From Moniliella sp. 'wahieum' (lineage: Eukaryota), in assembly GCA_003971905.1 (NCBI GenBank), contig RSEE01000022.1, forward strand, positions 310,001 through 374,000: DNA of 64,000 bases, read 5' to 3'. Positions 25,219 through 37,555 of this stretch are shown here, in pieces. Each line of letters starts with the position of its first letter. Positions within the stretch are counted from its first letter, which is position 1. The notes beneath the pieces were generated by a model, which worked only from the letters and a program-made list of their open reading frames with translations, was not told the DNA's origin and made no database searches. Position numbers and translations under genes: made by a program.

Positions 25219-26035
25219 TGTATACTCTACACCATCAGTCTATCAGTTGCTAGCGACTTGGCTGAAAACGGACACAGCACATGTGGCTGCCCAAAGATTG
25301 CCAAATTGCTGCGGGGGTCTTAGGCTCCAATGGTGCAACGGCCAATTCCTACTATTGGCTGGAGAAACCTCAGGTTCAATTCGTGGGTGGGCCATTTTTT
25401 AAGATGTCTCGAGGCTGGCCGCCGTTCACAATATTGTGATTAGAATAGCGGGCAAGGTTGTGACGAGCTTTATAGGCAGCAATCTAGGGACAACCTCGCT
25501 GGGCGGCCTTGCCGCAGTGTGGTCCAAGAGGTTGGGGCTAGCTGTGTTGGCGAGGCGAGGCTGTGACAAGGTTGTGCCCCTCAAATCTAAAGACAAGCTT
25601 GTGGTGTGGCCGGCAAGGTTCTGGGCTAGAAATTTCGATTAGCTATGTGGGGAAACCCTGGTTTGGGTATACACTTTTTGACTCCTGTGGTATATAGGTA
25701 AGGCCTATGAGGGGATGAACTGTGTGCAACGCCACCGCAACCTCTGTGTATCGTTACAGTCCCTTTTTGGCCTTTTTTTGCTGACACGCTTCTCTTTCCA
25801 TCTGCCAACGTCTCACGGTAGGCAGGGCTGAACCCGTCATACGCCACACCGCTTGATGCTGCAGCCGAAGCCGGCACCATTGGCTCCCTCCTTCCCAACG
25901 TGCCAACTAGCGGTCCTGCCATTTTTGAACGCAAGGGAGAGGTCGAGTCGGGTGCGAAAAGGCCCTAGTGATTCATGTGTTTAATTGAGGGAAACACTGA
26001 GGCACCGTGCGCTCCGCGATCGTCGATATGGCAAC

Positions 26036-28042
26036 CTAATCCAATACTGCCTTCATGTCCATACCCTCCGTACCAGCTCCCTCTCCTCTCTGCTTTGCTT
26101 TGTTTGCCCGACCAGGCGGCCTGCTGCAGGCTTCAATGATCTGCACCATGGTAAAAATGGCTGGACAAAACATGGTATCGCGAGGTCGTGGGGTACAAGG
26201 GGAGGAGATGACAGATGACCTCATCAACAACTTCATCCCTGAGGGGGGGGCAGGGGTCTCGTCGAAGGGTTTATTTACTGAGCCCCCTCCCCGAGAAGGC
26301 AAATCAAGGCGGACAGGCATTTTGACGAAGAAATTCCATCGGCACGGCTTGTTGGTTGCCCTCGGCGACCCAGGAAGAAACCAGGGTACCAAACGTACCT
26401 CCGGACGTGGCCGACGAGGGCAGGGGCCCAGGGGGAGCGGGTGGGTGAGCGGCCACAATGTCCGTCTCCCCTTCGAACCGAAGCGAGGTGCAGGACTTGG
26501 AGGGGGCGCGCATCGCGTCTTTCTCCTTTTCTTCGCTGGGGTAGGCCGAGTGTGGCTGGATGGTCTGGGACGAGGGGGAGGAAGGCACGTGCGGAGAGAA
26601 GGGGGAAAAGTGCGAGTCGGGGGAAAAGGGATCGATCTCGAGACGCATCTCGCTTAGATCGGTCCCTTGCTTGGTCCAGCTCTTGTCCCCAGAAGTACTC
26701 GGATCGGCTGGCGTAACCCGAGTGAACGAGTCGGGAGATTCGAAGTCGAGGTCGGGGTAGACGTTGGTGTGAGAGAGACCACGGGCGTGCGCGGTTCGTA
26801 CTTCTCTCCGTGCGTCACCCTCAAGTCGAGCGGAGGCGGGACCTTGGCGTGCAGGAGAAACGGGTCGCGGTGCAGCACCGAGGACGCGCGGCTGCCCACA
26901 TCGCTCTTGGTTGGTTCTCGCTGCAGGTCCGCATGCGCCGACCAAGTGAACTCGTCATGGATCCGGACCCGCCTGCGCGACGTGTCGTCGCGGTACAGCT
27001 CGAGGCACATCAGGACCAGCGCGAGATGGAGCGCGAGCGCAGTGTAGTACAATCCAAATCCAGCCCCTACATGGGCTTTCAAGCCGGTTTCCGATTGCGT
27101 CGAGATCATGATGGGCATCGGTAACGCTCCAGCGAGCGTATCCAGCATCACGGTCGATGGCAGCCATACTTCCTGATTCGCTTGGTTAAACCCCCGCACA
27201 TAGCGCCCCACCTTGATGCGCGTCACCACGGTCAAGGCCAACTCGGCGGCAAGCAGGAGCGGGAGGAGGAGGCAGTGGACTTGCTGGTACTTGATCGACA
27301 CTTTCTCCATCGTGGGATTGGAGCTGGGCGAGAAGCGAGACGTGGGGTGGCGCTGCGCAATGTAAAACAGAGCGAGGGGCATACTCGTGCCCGCGATCAG
27401 GACAACGAGCAAAACCAAGACGACCAGCTGCAGCGATGGGATCGCACCCCATCCTGTGGGGAGCGCAGCGGTGTCGAGGGGCGTGGTGAACAAGAGGGTA
27501 GCCAGCGTCGCGTTTTTCTCTGCCGCCTCCAGTTCGGGAGGAGAGGCGGTGAGATAGGCGGTTGAATTGACCCAGGGGATGCGCTCAAAGAACTGCGGGG
27601 ACAGATGCGGGTGGAGCGAGGAACGCTGGCACAGATTGTGGGAGTTGAGGGTAGGCTGGGCGTAGCAGGTGCCCAACAGCCCATAGCTCAAGCGCAGGGG
27701 GCTCTGCCACGACGCCGGGTTGGGTGTAATTTCGCGGACGTAGTCGTAGAAGAGAGTATCATTGATCGAACCTGCGCGCTTGCTGTTGGAGCGGCGGCTG
27801 ATGCGGTCGTTGGAGACGGATGAGCCCCTGGTGGTGTCAAAGAGCTCTTGCGTTAGCCTCATGAGGTTGGCCTTGTTCTCCTCGCTGTGGCGTGGGGCAG
27901 GGAGGAGGTCGAGCATGGTGGCTGAGCTTTGGGACATGGGGGCCGGGCTGCAGAGCGGGAAGAGGAGGAAGGCGAGAAGGGCGAGGTGGAGCAGGGCGGC
28001 GGCCCATCGCTTGGCCTCGTCGTGTGTCGTGTGGTCGCGCAT
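26036..28042 (-). CDS. Multi-pass membrane protein, SUR7/PalI-like, with a disordered C-terminal tail; 3' end uncertain because of frameshifts
   Basis: ATG at 28042 (MRDHTT..), TM1 AAALLHLALLAFLLFPLCS, loop motif YGLLGTC..C, three further hydrophobic helices, last one GAGFGLYYTALALHLALV. Confidence 0.55.
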
Positions 28043-28795
28043 GGGGCGCGGATGGGAGGGGTGGTGGTGGTGGTTGAGGGATGGGGGCGAGATGGACGGC
28101 CGCCATGGGATGGGGCGCAGCCTCTGCTGCGCGGCCACAGCTGACAGGCAAGCCCAGGGCGGTGGGGCGCATAACGGAAGGCGTCGGGCAAACGACACAA
28201 AAGAATGGCCGCCCGCGTGCCTGATAAGATCTGCGAGCACAGAGGACACAAAAGGAAGGCGTGTGGGGTGCGCAGGCGGAATGCGGAATGGGGCTGCACA
28301 TGCCGCTGGGGGCGCAGATGCGGCAGGCGGGAAAGATGGCTCTCTGGCATGCCATTTCAAATTTCACCGCTCGCCCGGGGCTGTCTGGAGCCTTGGGGCG
28401 CGTACCTGGAAAGAACGATTGATATTGATATCGATTCTTCCCAGTGGAGCACGCATCCTGCATCCGATCTCAGAGATGCCAGGCGCAGGCCCCAGCCCCC
28501 ACAGTTTTTTGCCTGGACATCCAGCCAGGCACAGGCACAGGCGTGACATGTGACATGTGACAGGGCACGTGACGTGTCTGATTAACTGATTTGGGGTTGG
28601 GGCGGTGAGTGACGTGTGACGCGTGACGAGCGGCGGGCACTTAGCCACTGCCGGCGACGCTCGGCGTTCAGTAAGTTCAGCATTCAGCTCGACGTCGCCC
28701 ACACCTCCCGCCGCACCCCCCCCGCTGCCTCCAGCCTGCCCAGGCCCAGGCCCACCCCCGCCCATCCGATCGCACGCTGGACGCGCAGGGAGGCC

Positions 28796-31700
28796 ATGGC
28801 GAGGGCGCTTGCACCGCGCATCCAGGCGCATCTGCCCGCCACCATCCTCCTCCTCCTCCTCCCTTTTCTCTTCCTTGTCTCCGCCACCGACGACCTCCCC
28901 CGCCCCCCCGCCCCGCCTGCTACGTCCCCCTCCCAAGCTTCTCCATCTTCTCCGACGCCTCCAGCCCCAGCCGATGTCGCCCTCGTGTCTGCCTTGCCCT
29001 CCACCTACTCGGATCGATGCGAAGTACACGTAACTCTCGCCCCCGTGTACCTTGTTCTCAACGTCACCGAGTCGGTCTGCCCCACCGCCTCCGCCCCATC
29101 GAGCACTGCCGATCGCGGTACGCGGCCCTACCCTACCCCCAGCAGCCTCTCCTCTCCATCGTCCGAGCCTCCCTCCCCCGATGCCGCCGCTACGGACCGC
29201 ACCCATCCTGACGATGGCTTCTGGCGCCAAATGGACGGGAAACAGGTGTGGATCCCGACGCTTCCCTTGGCCGGGACCTCTGGGGGAGTACCGAGCAGGA
29301 AGTAGCCAAGGAGTATGGCGAATGGATGGCTTCGATCGGGGGCGAGTCTGCTCCGGCATTTCTCTCCTTTTCCGATTGGAAAGAGCGCCACCTTGCTGAA
29401 AAGCAGAGGGAAGAGCAGGAGCGGAGAGAGCGCCGCAGGAAGGAAATGAAGGAAAAGAAGGAAAAGAAGAAGTGGGACCATGCGCATGTGGAGCCAACTA
29501 ACGCTACTGCCGTTCCCACTCCCCTCCTTCCCCTCCCCTTGATACACCTCGCAGCTCGGCGGCGGCTGCGTCGAATAAGGCACCCATCACCAGACATACC
29601 GGCCCTGCATCCTCCTCCCTCTCCTCCACCTTGGTAAACAGCACCAGCGAGCCGACGCCAGCACCCCCATCTCAGTCAGATGAGGGGGAAACACCACATC
29701 GTCTTCCTCTGGCGAGGACCAACGCCCTTCCCCCTCTTCCCCCGTGAGGAGAATGCTGATCCCCGCTCAATCCGACCCGGGAAAAGAATTGGCGACGCTG
29801 CGCCACGCCGCAACTTTGCCTCGGCAGATTGTGCAGCACAAGTTCAGCGTGCCAGCGGATCGGTCAAATTTGCCTCGGCGATTTTGAATGAAAAGAAAGA
29901 CCGATACCTGCTTGCGCCTTGCCCCGAGGGAGACGATCATGAGATGTTTGTCACGATTGAACTGTGCAGCGAAATCAAGGTGGATACGTTGGTGTTGGCC
30001 AACTACGAGTTCTTCTCCCGAGTCTTTAAGCGCGTCCGGTTCCGTGGGAGCAAGTCTCTTACCACCCCGTTGGAGGACTGGTCTGATTTGGGCACGTATC
30101 TCGCTCGCAACATGCGTGGATCGCAGAGGTTTTGGCGTTCCCTCGCATTTGCAACAATACCTCAAGTACATTCGCATTGATTTACTGGATTATTATGGCA
30201 CAGAGGCGTATTGCCCCCTGACTCTACTCCGGGTTTATGGCCTGTCCCACTTTGACGGATGGGAGCTGGAAGACTTTGAGGACAAGCGCAAAGAGCAAGA
30301 GTTGGAAGAGGAAGAGTTGCGGATTGAGGAGGAAGAAGCACAAATTGACGTTGAAGCCCAGCCCACGCCGCCTACTCCTCCTTCTCCCAATGCGGCAGCC
30401 AGTACGGCAGTCTGGAACCGACCACACTCATGTCTGAAGCGTTGCGAGAGATGATGATCCGATCCTTGCGTGGCCTCAATGCCTCATCTGAGGAGGAGCC
30501 TTACTCTCCCGAAGACGATCATGAATTCTCCCGCTGGTCCGACGCGCCTGTTGCATGGAACGACTCGCTGCCTTTCCTTCTCAATGCTACGGAGAGCAAT
30601 GCGACCAAGTCACGGCGTCCCCAGCGGCTGACGCCCACGGGGGCAGGAGGGGAGTCGATCTACCGCTCCATCACTCGGCGGCGGCTTAGTGCGCTCGAAG
30701 CGAACGCCAGTCTGTCCCTGCAGTATATGGAGCAAAGTGGGCAGATGCTGTTGGACGCTCTTAAGAGGATGGACCGGACGCGCGATGCACAGTTGACCCT
30801 TCTCAATCTCAGCAACACCAACGAGGTCCAAACCCTGCGCCGGCGACACCACATTGACCTACAGAGGATGATGTTTGAGTCGGATGTGCAACGTTGCCTG
30901 GGCTCAAGACAAAGCCGAATTGGTACAACGCATGCATCTCCTCAGTTCCGAGTTGCACTTTGAACGGCGCATGGATGCTGTGCAACTAACCTTGCTCTGT
31001 GTGTTGTTTGGCCTGATTCTGCTCACGCGTGGAACCCATACCTCGGCCCTCGACCGTGTTCTGCACCGCTCTTCCACCACGGCCAGCACCGCCCCCTCGT
31101 CCCCGTGCCTTGCTTCGCCCGCCCCACTTGCCCCGCGAAAAATTCCCGCTCAAATCCACTTGCGGCGGCGGAGAAGGCCGCGCCGGGTACGGGGCAGTTT
31201 GGGCGCCCTTCTTGTTCCTCACCAGAAGGCACAGATCATTGAGGTGCGCTCACGCTCGGGCTCGGAGGGCGACATCACCCTCTCGGCCCCTCCCAAACGA
31301 GGCGAGGATGGCTACATCACCTCCACACCTCGGAGTGGAGTGAAAGAGAAGACGTCCAGTGGAGGATGTTCCTTCGCCTCCACGGTCTCCACGAAGAATA
31401 GGTGTGCCGCTGGAACGTGTGCCTACCGATCGTACCCATACCGAGCGGCTCGTGCGCTTAAGCACCCCTCGCCCATTGTTTACCAAGCGTTCCAGCGGAT
31501 CCGAGGGGGACGAGTCGGACGATGCGGCGCCGGTCCCGTTCCCGCTCTCTGACGAACCGGGCCCGCGTTTGGTCAGCCTCAAACGCTTCCTCCGCACCCG
31601 CTCTCATAGCGGCAACAAATCTCTCCACTCCCTCCCCTCTCCCAGAGCAGGCAGCTCCTCGCCTTCACTTGCCCCTGCTACGTCTAAACTCGTCCCTGAG

Positions 31701-31814
31701 TTGCAGGGTCTGCGCCCCATCACCTGCTTGTCCTCTGGGGGCCTGGGATCCCCTCCACCCAAACCGTACAAACTGGATTGGGGAACATGCATGTTATTTT
31801 TTTTCACCTGGTAG
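28796..31814 (+). CDS. SLP1: SUN-domain ER membrane protein Slp1/SUCO-like; frameshifted
   Basis: Signal peptide, RNFASADCAA, ASAILNEKKDRYLLAPC, IELCSEIKVDTLVLANYEFFS, YGTEAYCPLTLLRVYG, ESIYRSITRR..LSALEANASLSLQYMEQ, C-terminal TM. Confidence 0.85.
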
Positions 31815-32876
31815 TTTATTCGGACTTAAAGAATCGCTCGATCCCGCGGGTACGCTTGCTTTGGACAGGGGAACTGGGCGAATGGGAGCGTTTCTGCCCC
31901 TCGGGCTGGACGAAGGTGCGTGGGTCGTAGGTTTTTTCTTGGCTCCGGATGCGGGGACACCCCGTCGCGCCTGGGCTTTTCTGGACTCGTTTCTGTTTTG
32001 ATCTCTTTTTTGGCCTTGGCTCGCGGGGGGGGCTTTCCTGGCTCGCGGGGAGGGGCTTTCCTTGGCTCGCGGGGGTGTTCCTTGGCTCGCGGGGTTTTTT
32101 CCTTGGCCCCGGCCCCAGCCCAGCACTTTGCCTTACCAAACAAGTTCTCGAGCCCACCCTTGTGTTCCTTCAAGGGCTGGACAAACGAAGGATCCTCGTT
32201 CCGCACATTGCTCACCTGGGGTGGGACAAGGTAATGTTCCAAAGGAGCTTGCCATGGCACCAAACATGATTTCCACGGTCTTTTCCCGACTTTGCTGCGG
32301 ACGTGGGAGGGGCTCGAGGATGGGCTGGGTTGAGCACTGGCTTCTGCTGTGTCGGAGCCGTGTTCGGTCCCGAGCCCCAACCAAGCCGGAAAGTCCTTTT
32401 TGTCTAACACCAGCGGTTGACGCCATGGATCGGCTGCATCCACTCGGACGCAGGGACAGTGACGATGACAAACCCCGCAGGACCATAGACGCACCGAGTG
32501 CAAGGTAGCCACATCGTGAGGGCGGAAGTAGTAGGGGGGGCACGGGTGCGTTCGGACCATTCATAAAAGCCTTGGACAAACAAGATCCCGCGTCCGCCCT
32601 CCTTGAGCAGGTTACCCCACACGCCGCGCAGCACCGTCTCGGCACGCGCATTGATGTACATCCGCTTCGAGGGACGCACGCCCCAGTGCATCGGCTTCAT
32701 CGTCACCTTGCCTCCTCAACCTCCACGATGGGCTGGGCGGTGCCAGGACCGACATTGTACCGCGCCCTGTACTCCGTCGGCGCTTCGGGGTCGACGTGCA
32801 GGGGGTCCGGCAGCTCGGGGGCTACGTTCTCCACGTACTCGTCCCACGCGGCGGCATTGGCAAAGCGGCCACACAT
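31794..32876 (-). CDS. SRAP-domain abasic-site processing protein (HMCES/YedK family); frameshifted
   Basis: Starts MCGRF (catalytic Cys2) at 32876, then MHWG, YINARAETV, QGFYEW, WMQPIH, RQPLVL, QVSNVRNEDPSFVQP. Confidence 0.85.
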
Positions 32877-33322
32877 GGTGTGCAGACGTTGGAAGGCGGG
32901 CGGCAGGACACGCTGGTGCTGGTGGTGTGGTGCTGGTGCTGGTGCTGGGGCTGGGCTGGGGCTGGGGGGCAGCAGACTCGAACCGAGAGACCTAATATCC
33001 TACTCGCATCCCTCGCCACTGCTGCCGACCCCGTGCGGGCAGTATCGGTACAAACGGGTATGGCCTGGTCCTTCGCACAGGCCAGGTTGGCTGAGGAGAT
33101 AAAAGGTCGGTTTAATTTAGGACGCTAGCTTTTTGATTGCATTACCCCAGCTGGAGATGATGACGTCGCTGTGATGTTGATGCCCAGGCTTCAAGCTTCT
33201 ATGGCTTGCCACGCGTGGCCGGCCCCATATGCCGCTATCCATTTCAATAACCGTTGACCATGATGATGCTCAGACGAGAGGCGTTCTTCATCCATTCCCC
33301 CACCCCCACCCGCCCCCCTGGG

Positions 33323-34568
33323 CTACGCCGTCCAGACCAACAGCGATGCGTCCCACGAGCCCGAGCACAGCGCGTGTCCGTCCGCGCTGACAGCCAGGCT
33401 GGATACCCTGCTCTGGTGGCCCACCAGGGTCGCGACCCGTTCGGCCCGCAATGTGTCCCACAACAGGATCTGGCCCATCGTAGCCCACGGCCAACAGCCG
33501 TCCGGAGCGGGCAAAGCCTAGGGTCGTCACGGGCTGCGTCAGCATCGCGTTGCTGTACGCTGCCAGTGCCCGCGGCGGCGCGCAGGTCAAACAACTTGCA
33601 CGTCGCGTCTTCCGAGCCGGTGGCCAACGCATTCCCGTCGGGAAACATGCTGATCGCATTGATGTCCGAGTCGTGGGCATGGAAGCTCTGGACGGAGCCC
33701 TTGGTGTTGGGCACACGCATGTCCCATACCTTGGCTACCCCGTCGCACGCACCCGATACAAATAAGCTGGGATGCACCGGACTCAGGTCCAGGGCCATCA
33801 CCTCGGCCGAGTGCTCAAAGTACTCGGCTTTGGTTTGGCCGGTGGCCAGGTCCCACAGCCGGCAGCTGTGGTCGCCGGACGACGTTACCATCTCTGCCTC
33901 GGAAAGAAAGCGGCAGTGGGAGACAAATGCATCGTGGCCCACCAGCTGTTGCACGGGCTGCGACGCGTACGCCATGGTCATCGCGATCTCTTCGGGCGTG
34001 GCGTGCGCATCCGTGGCAGGCAAGCGGAACAGATGACACGCATTCTCCAACCCCACGTGGCCACCATCTGACCCGAGGGCGAGTAGGCACAGTCCATCAC
34101 CCACTTGAACGGGAGCGGCAAGGCATGCACCTTGTTGTTGGTGTAGGCGTCCCAAATGATCATCTTGCCATCTTGGCTCACCGATACGAGATGGCGCGAA
34201 TCGGATGCCCAGTTGACAGCATAAATCTTGGACAAGTGGCCATTCAGTGTTCGACGCACGCGCAGCTGCGGGCCTCGCGCCAAGGGCGGCACTCCCTCCA
34301 CCCCCACTGCTCGCAACGTGGTATCTGCCAAGGCTTCCTTTTGGGCGGCCACCCGCGCCTTGAGCCCTTCGGCTGCGCTGCGGGCGGAAAGAATGCGCTG
34401 ACGGAGCGCCTCGGCCTGTTGCTGCTGCAGTGGACCGAGGGAAGCAGGGGCAATCTGCGATACACTTCCGGCGCTTCGACCTTGGGGCGCCGCCACGTGG
34501 GCCGAGTGGGGAGAAGAGGAGAGTGAGGGGTTGGCAGGCTGACGGAGGGGTGTCATGGGATAGTCCAT
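33323..34568 (-). CDS. Heterotrimeric G-protein beta subunit (WD40), divergent; frameshifted
   Basis: [101 protein letters not shown]. Confidence 0.9.
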
Positions 34569-35507
34569 CTTGCAGATCTCTAGATGGATGCCCAGTGGTG
34601 GTCGTGGCCAATGGTTCCGGTACGTGGGAAGGGCGAGATGGATTATACCATACAGGGTAGAACGAACGACGCGCATCTACCACGATCTGCCAGCCCATTT
34701 GTGGTGCAGTAGGGAAACGAGGCACTGGCCCGTCCCACCGTCCTCCCCCACGAAAGGACACAAACGGCCAGGGTCTTGGTGCCCAGCCCGCGCCGCACGG
34801 GGGGAGCCAGTGGAGCATTGCCCGTCAGCTATTGCTCAGCTTTCGCGTCAGATCTGAGTCACTCGTCACCGGTAGTCACGTGGCTGGGTTAGGAGCGATG
34901 CATGATGATCGATGAGTATTGAGTTCTTGCCTGCGCTAGCTTGAAGCTTGAAGCTTGACCAGCATCAAACTCAGCTGGGCGACCAAAGCCATAATACCTC
35001 GCAGTGCCTGTTATGTGCCCGCGCCTTTCTTGCCGCTGGCCGAGGTGTTTCTACTGTTGGTGAGGTACAAAGAGAAGCTGTGCTCGGGAAGTATGCAGTG
35101 CCACGATCCTATCCCCAAGGGGATCCTGTTCTTGCCTTGGTCGGTCCCTATGCAGAACCGAACCAAGTCGGTGCGGGGTGTGTACGTGAATTTGCACAGT
35201 GGCGTCGCCCGCTCAGAGGCGGAAACCCAGTCATAGTAGTAGAGAGTGGAGTACGGAGATGGTTGAAGGTGTCGCCAACTGCGAACCAAGAAGGGGTAGG
35301 ATGCTACGCCATGGATCCCCTCGGTCGGGTACCCGAGCGGATCCACGGGTGGTGGGTGGGGATGCCGCAGGCTGGCAAGACATACCGATAGTTTTGATAA
35401 CACCAAAGATGCAAAGGCAGAAGGGTAAAGGGCATGCTCTGATGTGAACGCCACGCGGGAGGAGGGGACACGCCAAAGCCGAGCTGTGCTAGTCTAGTCG
35501 TAGGGTG

Positions 35508-35801
35508 TCATGGCCCCATTACGCCGCCGGACTTGGCTTGGCCGGAGTTGACTCGACCGGCGGCCAGCCCAGTTTCCTGCCCTGAACTCGCGCCAGAATT
35601 CGGAGGGTCATTGGCGTCAAAGGCGGCTTGGCGAGCAGCCTCGTTGATTTCTTCGTTGCGAGCCGCGTCGTCGGCGGTGATGCCGCGGCGGGCCTCCTTC
35701 TCCAGCGTGTCCTGGTACGCCAAGACGGGCGGGATGGCGATGAAGGAGGAGAAAAGGGTGAAGCCGAGAACGATGGAGATGGGCGTGGTCCAGCGGGCCA
35801 T
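35508..35801 (-). CDS. Small (97 aa) protein with an N-terminal hydrophobic signal or TM segment
   Basis: MARWTTPISIVLGFTLFSSFIAIPPVLAY followed by a hydrophilic tail. Intact ORF with GC-rich codons. Confidence 0.55.
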   Translation of the reverse strand: MARWTTPISIVLGFTLFSSFIAIPPVLAYQDTLEKEARRGITADDAARNEEINEAARQAAFDANDPPNSGASSGQETGLAAGRVNSGQAKSGGVMGP

Positions 35802-36555
35802 CGTGCTGGACGGGACAAGGCGCGGCGTGTGGCAGACGGCTGGCAAGACTGTGCAGTTCCTGCTGGTGCCGCCCCCTTCCGGCCTAGCCCTGGCCAGAAG
35901 GCAGAACAGAACACCGGGCGAGGGCGGAACGGTGCGTGCAGCGGAATGCAATTCTCCGTTGCACCGGCTGTCGTGTCGAGGCAGGTGTCGATCCAGGGCT
36001 GGCGGGTGAGGTAATGGATGATGCAGCTGTGGCAAACGGGCGGGTGGTGTGACAGTGACACGTCAGTGTCAGTGACATGTGACATTGGGCGTGGGACAAA
36101 TGACGGTCACGCGTCGGACGGAGGAGCGCACTGCCCGCGTCGGCCAGCGCACGTCCCCACTGGGCAACGGGGGCGCTGTGGGGTGCTGCGTGGTGCTGAG
36201 GGCGTGGAAGGCGCGCCTGCTGCAAGGGACACGCCTGGCCGCTGCATGTGTGGGCCTCCCGTCACCGGCCTGCACACTGCGCCTGTGCCCGCCGGGCGCG
36301 TCGTGGCTTTCGACGGCATTCCTCAGGCGAGCGCAGGACCGGTGAGCGTCACCCGGGCGCACCAGCCTGACCCAATTGTGCCTGCAGCGAAGCGCCAGAG
36401 CGGTGCATGGCAGCTCCAGCGGGGGGCAAGCCAGCGCACCTCACCGCACCCCAGCGCACCCGACGGCGTTGGCGGCCAGCGACATCTTGGCTTTATTAAA
36501 ACGCGCTCCTCCCCGCCCACGCCTTCTCGCCCTCTCCCACCACCATCCCCACGCC

Positions 36556-37555
36556 ATGACTGTTATTGTTTGCGGAGGCGCCGGCTACATTGGCTCCCAC
36601 GCCGTCGACCAGCTCATCTCGGCTGGCTACGACGTGGCCGTGGTCGACAACCTCGTCACTGGCCATCGCGCCGCGGTCCACCCTAAGGCCCGCTTTTACG
36701 AGGGCGACCTGCGCGACCGCGCGTTTTTGGACAAGGTGTTTGCCCAGGAGAAGGACACGCAGGGCGTGATGCACTTTGCTGCGTTTAGCGTGGTTCCCCA
36801 GAGCATGAAGGACCCTCTTCTCTACTTTAACAACAACACTGCCGGCATGGTGACGCTGCTGGAGGCCATGAACGCGGCCAATGTCAAGTTCATTGTCTTT
36901 AGCTCCACCGCCGCCACCTACGGCGAGCCGAAGAGCATCCCCATCCTTGAAACCGACCCTCAGATCCCTACCAACCCCTACGGCGAGTCGAAGCTGCAAA
37001 TGGAAAAGACGATGCGGTGGTGCGACGAGGCATACGGGACCAAGTTTGTGTCGCTGCGCTACTTTAATGTGGCGGGTGCCAAGGAAGATGGATCGATTGG
37101 CGAGGACCACAACCCAGAGACGCACTTGATTCCCATTGTGCTCCAAGTCGCTTCTGGCGAGCGGGAGGGGATGCAGGTGTTTGGCGACGACTACCCTACC
37201 CGCGATGGCACCAACATTCGTGATTACATCCACGTTGTCGACCTTGTTGATGCTCACATTCTTGCCTCCAGTACCTCATCAAGGGGGGCCAGTCGGAGGC
37301 GTTCAACTTGGGCTCGGCCACTGGGTTCTCCAACTACGAAATGTTGGCTGCTGCGCGGGAGGTCACTGGCCATCCCATCCCCGCCACTGTCGGTCCCCGC
37401 CGGCCAGGCGACCCGTCGACGTTGATTGCTCGTCGGACAAGGCCAAGAAGATTCTGGGATGGAAGCCCAAGTACGATGATGTCAAGGCCATCATCAAGAC
37501 GGCCTGGACCTGGGAACAGACCCATCCCAAGGGATACGATGACAAGAAGAACTGA
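36556..37555 (+). CDS. galE: UDP-glucose 4-epimerase, bacterial (Firmicutes/lactobacillus-like) type; intronless; two apparent 1-bp indels near 37268 and 37430
   Basis: [43 protein letters not shown] (YxxxK), [43 protein letters not shown]. Confidence 0.95.

Larger units (their letters stand above)
20301..25649 (+). mobile_element. TIR DNA transposon (~5.35 kb), CMC/CACTA-like
   Basis: ACATAGCTAATCGAAATTTCTAG at 20302-20324 is the exact reverse complement of 25626-25648, and the match extends imperfectly to ~38 bp. The right end reads CACATAG. Subterminal repeats at both ends and internal transposase-like ORFs. Confidence 0.85.

Noticed and set aside
34948..35476. Short ORFs between G-beta and the small protein, and likewise at 54608-55937
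   Set aside because: No recognisable motifs or consistent gene structure. They may hide small spliced genes, but I cannot support that.
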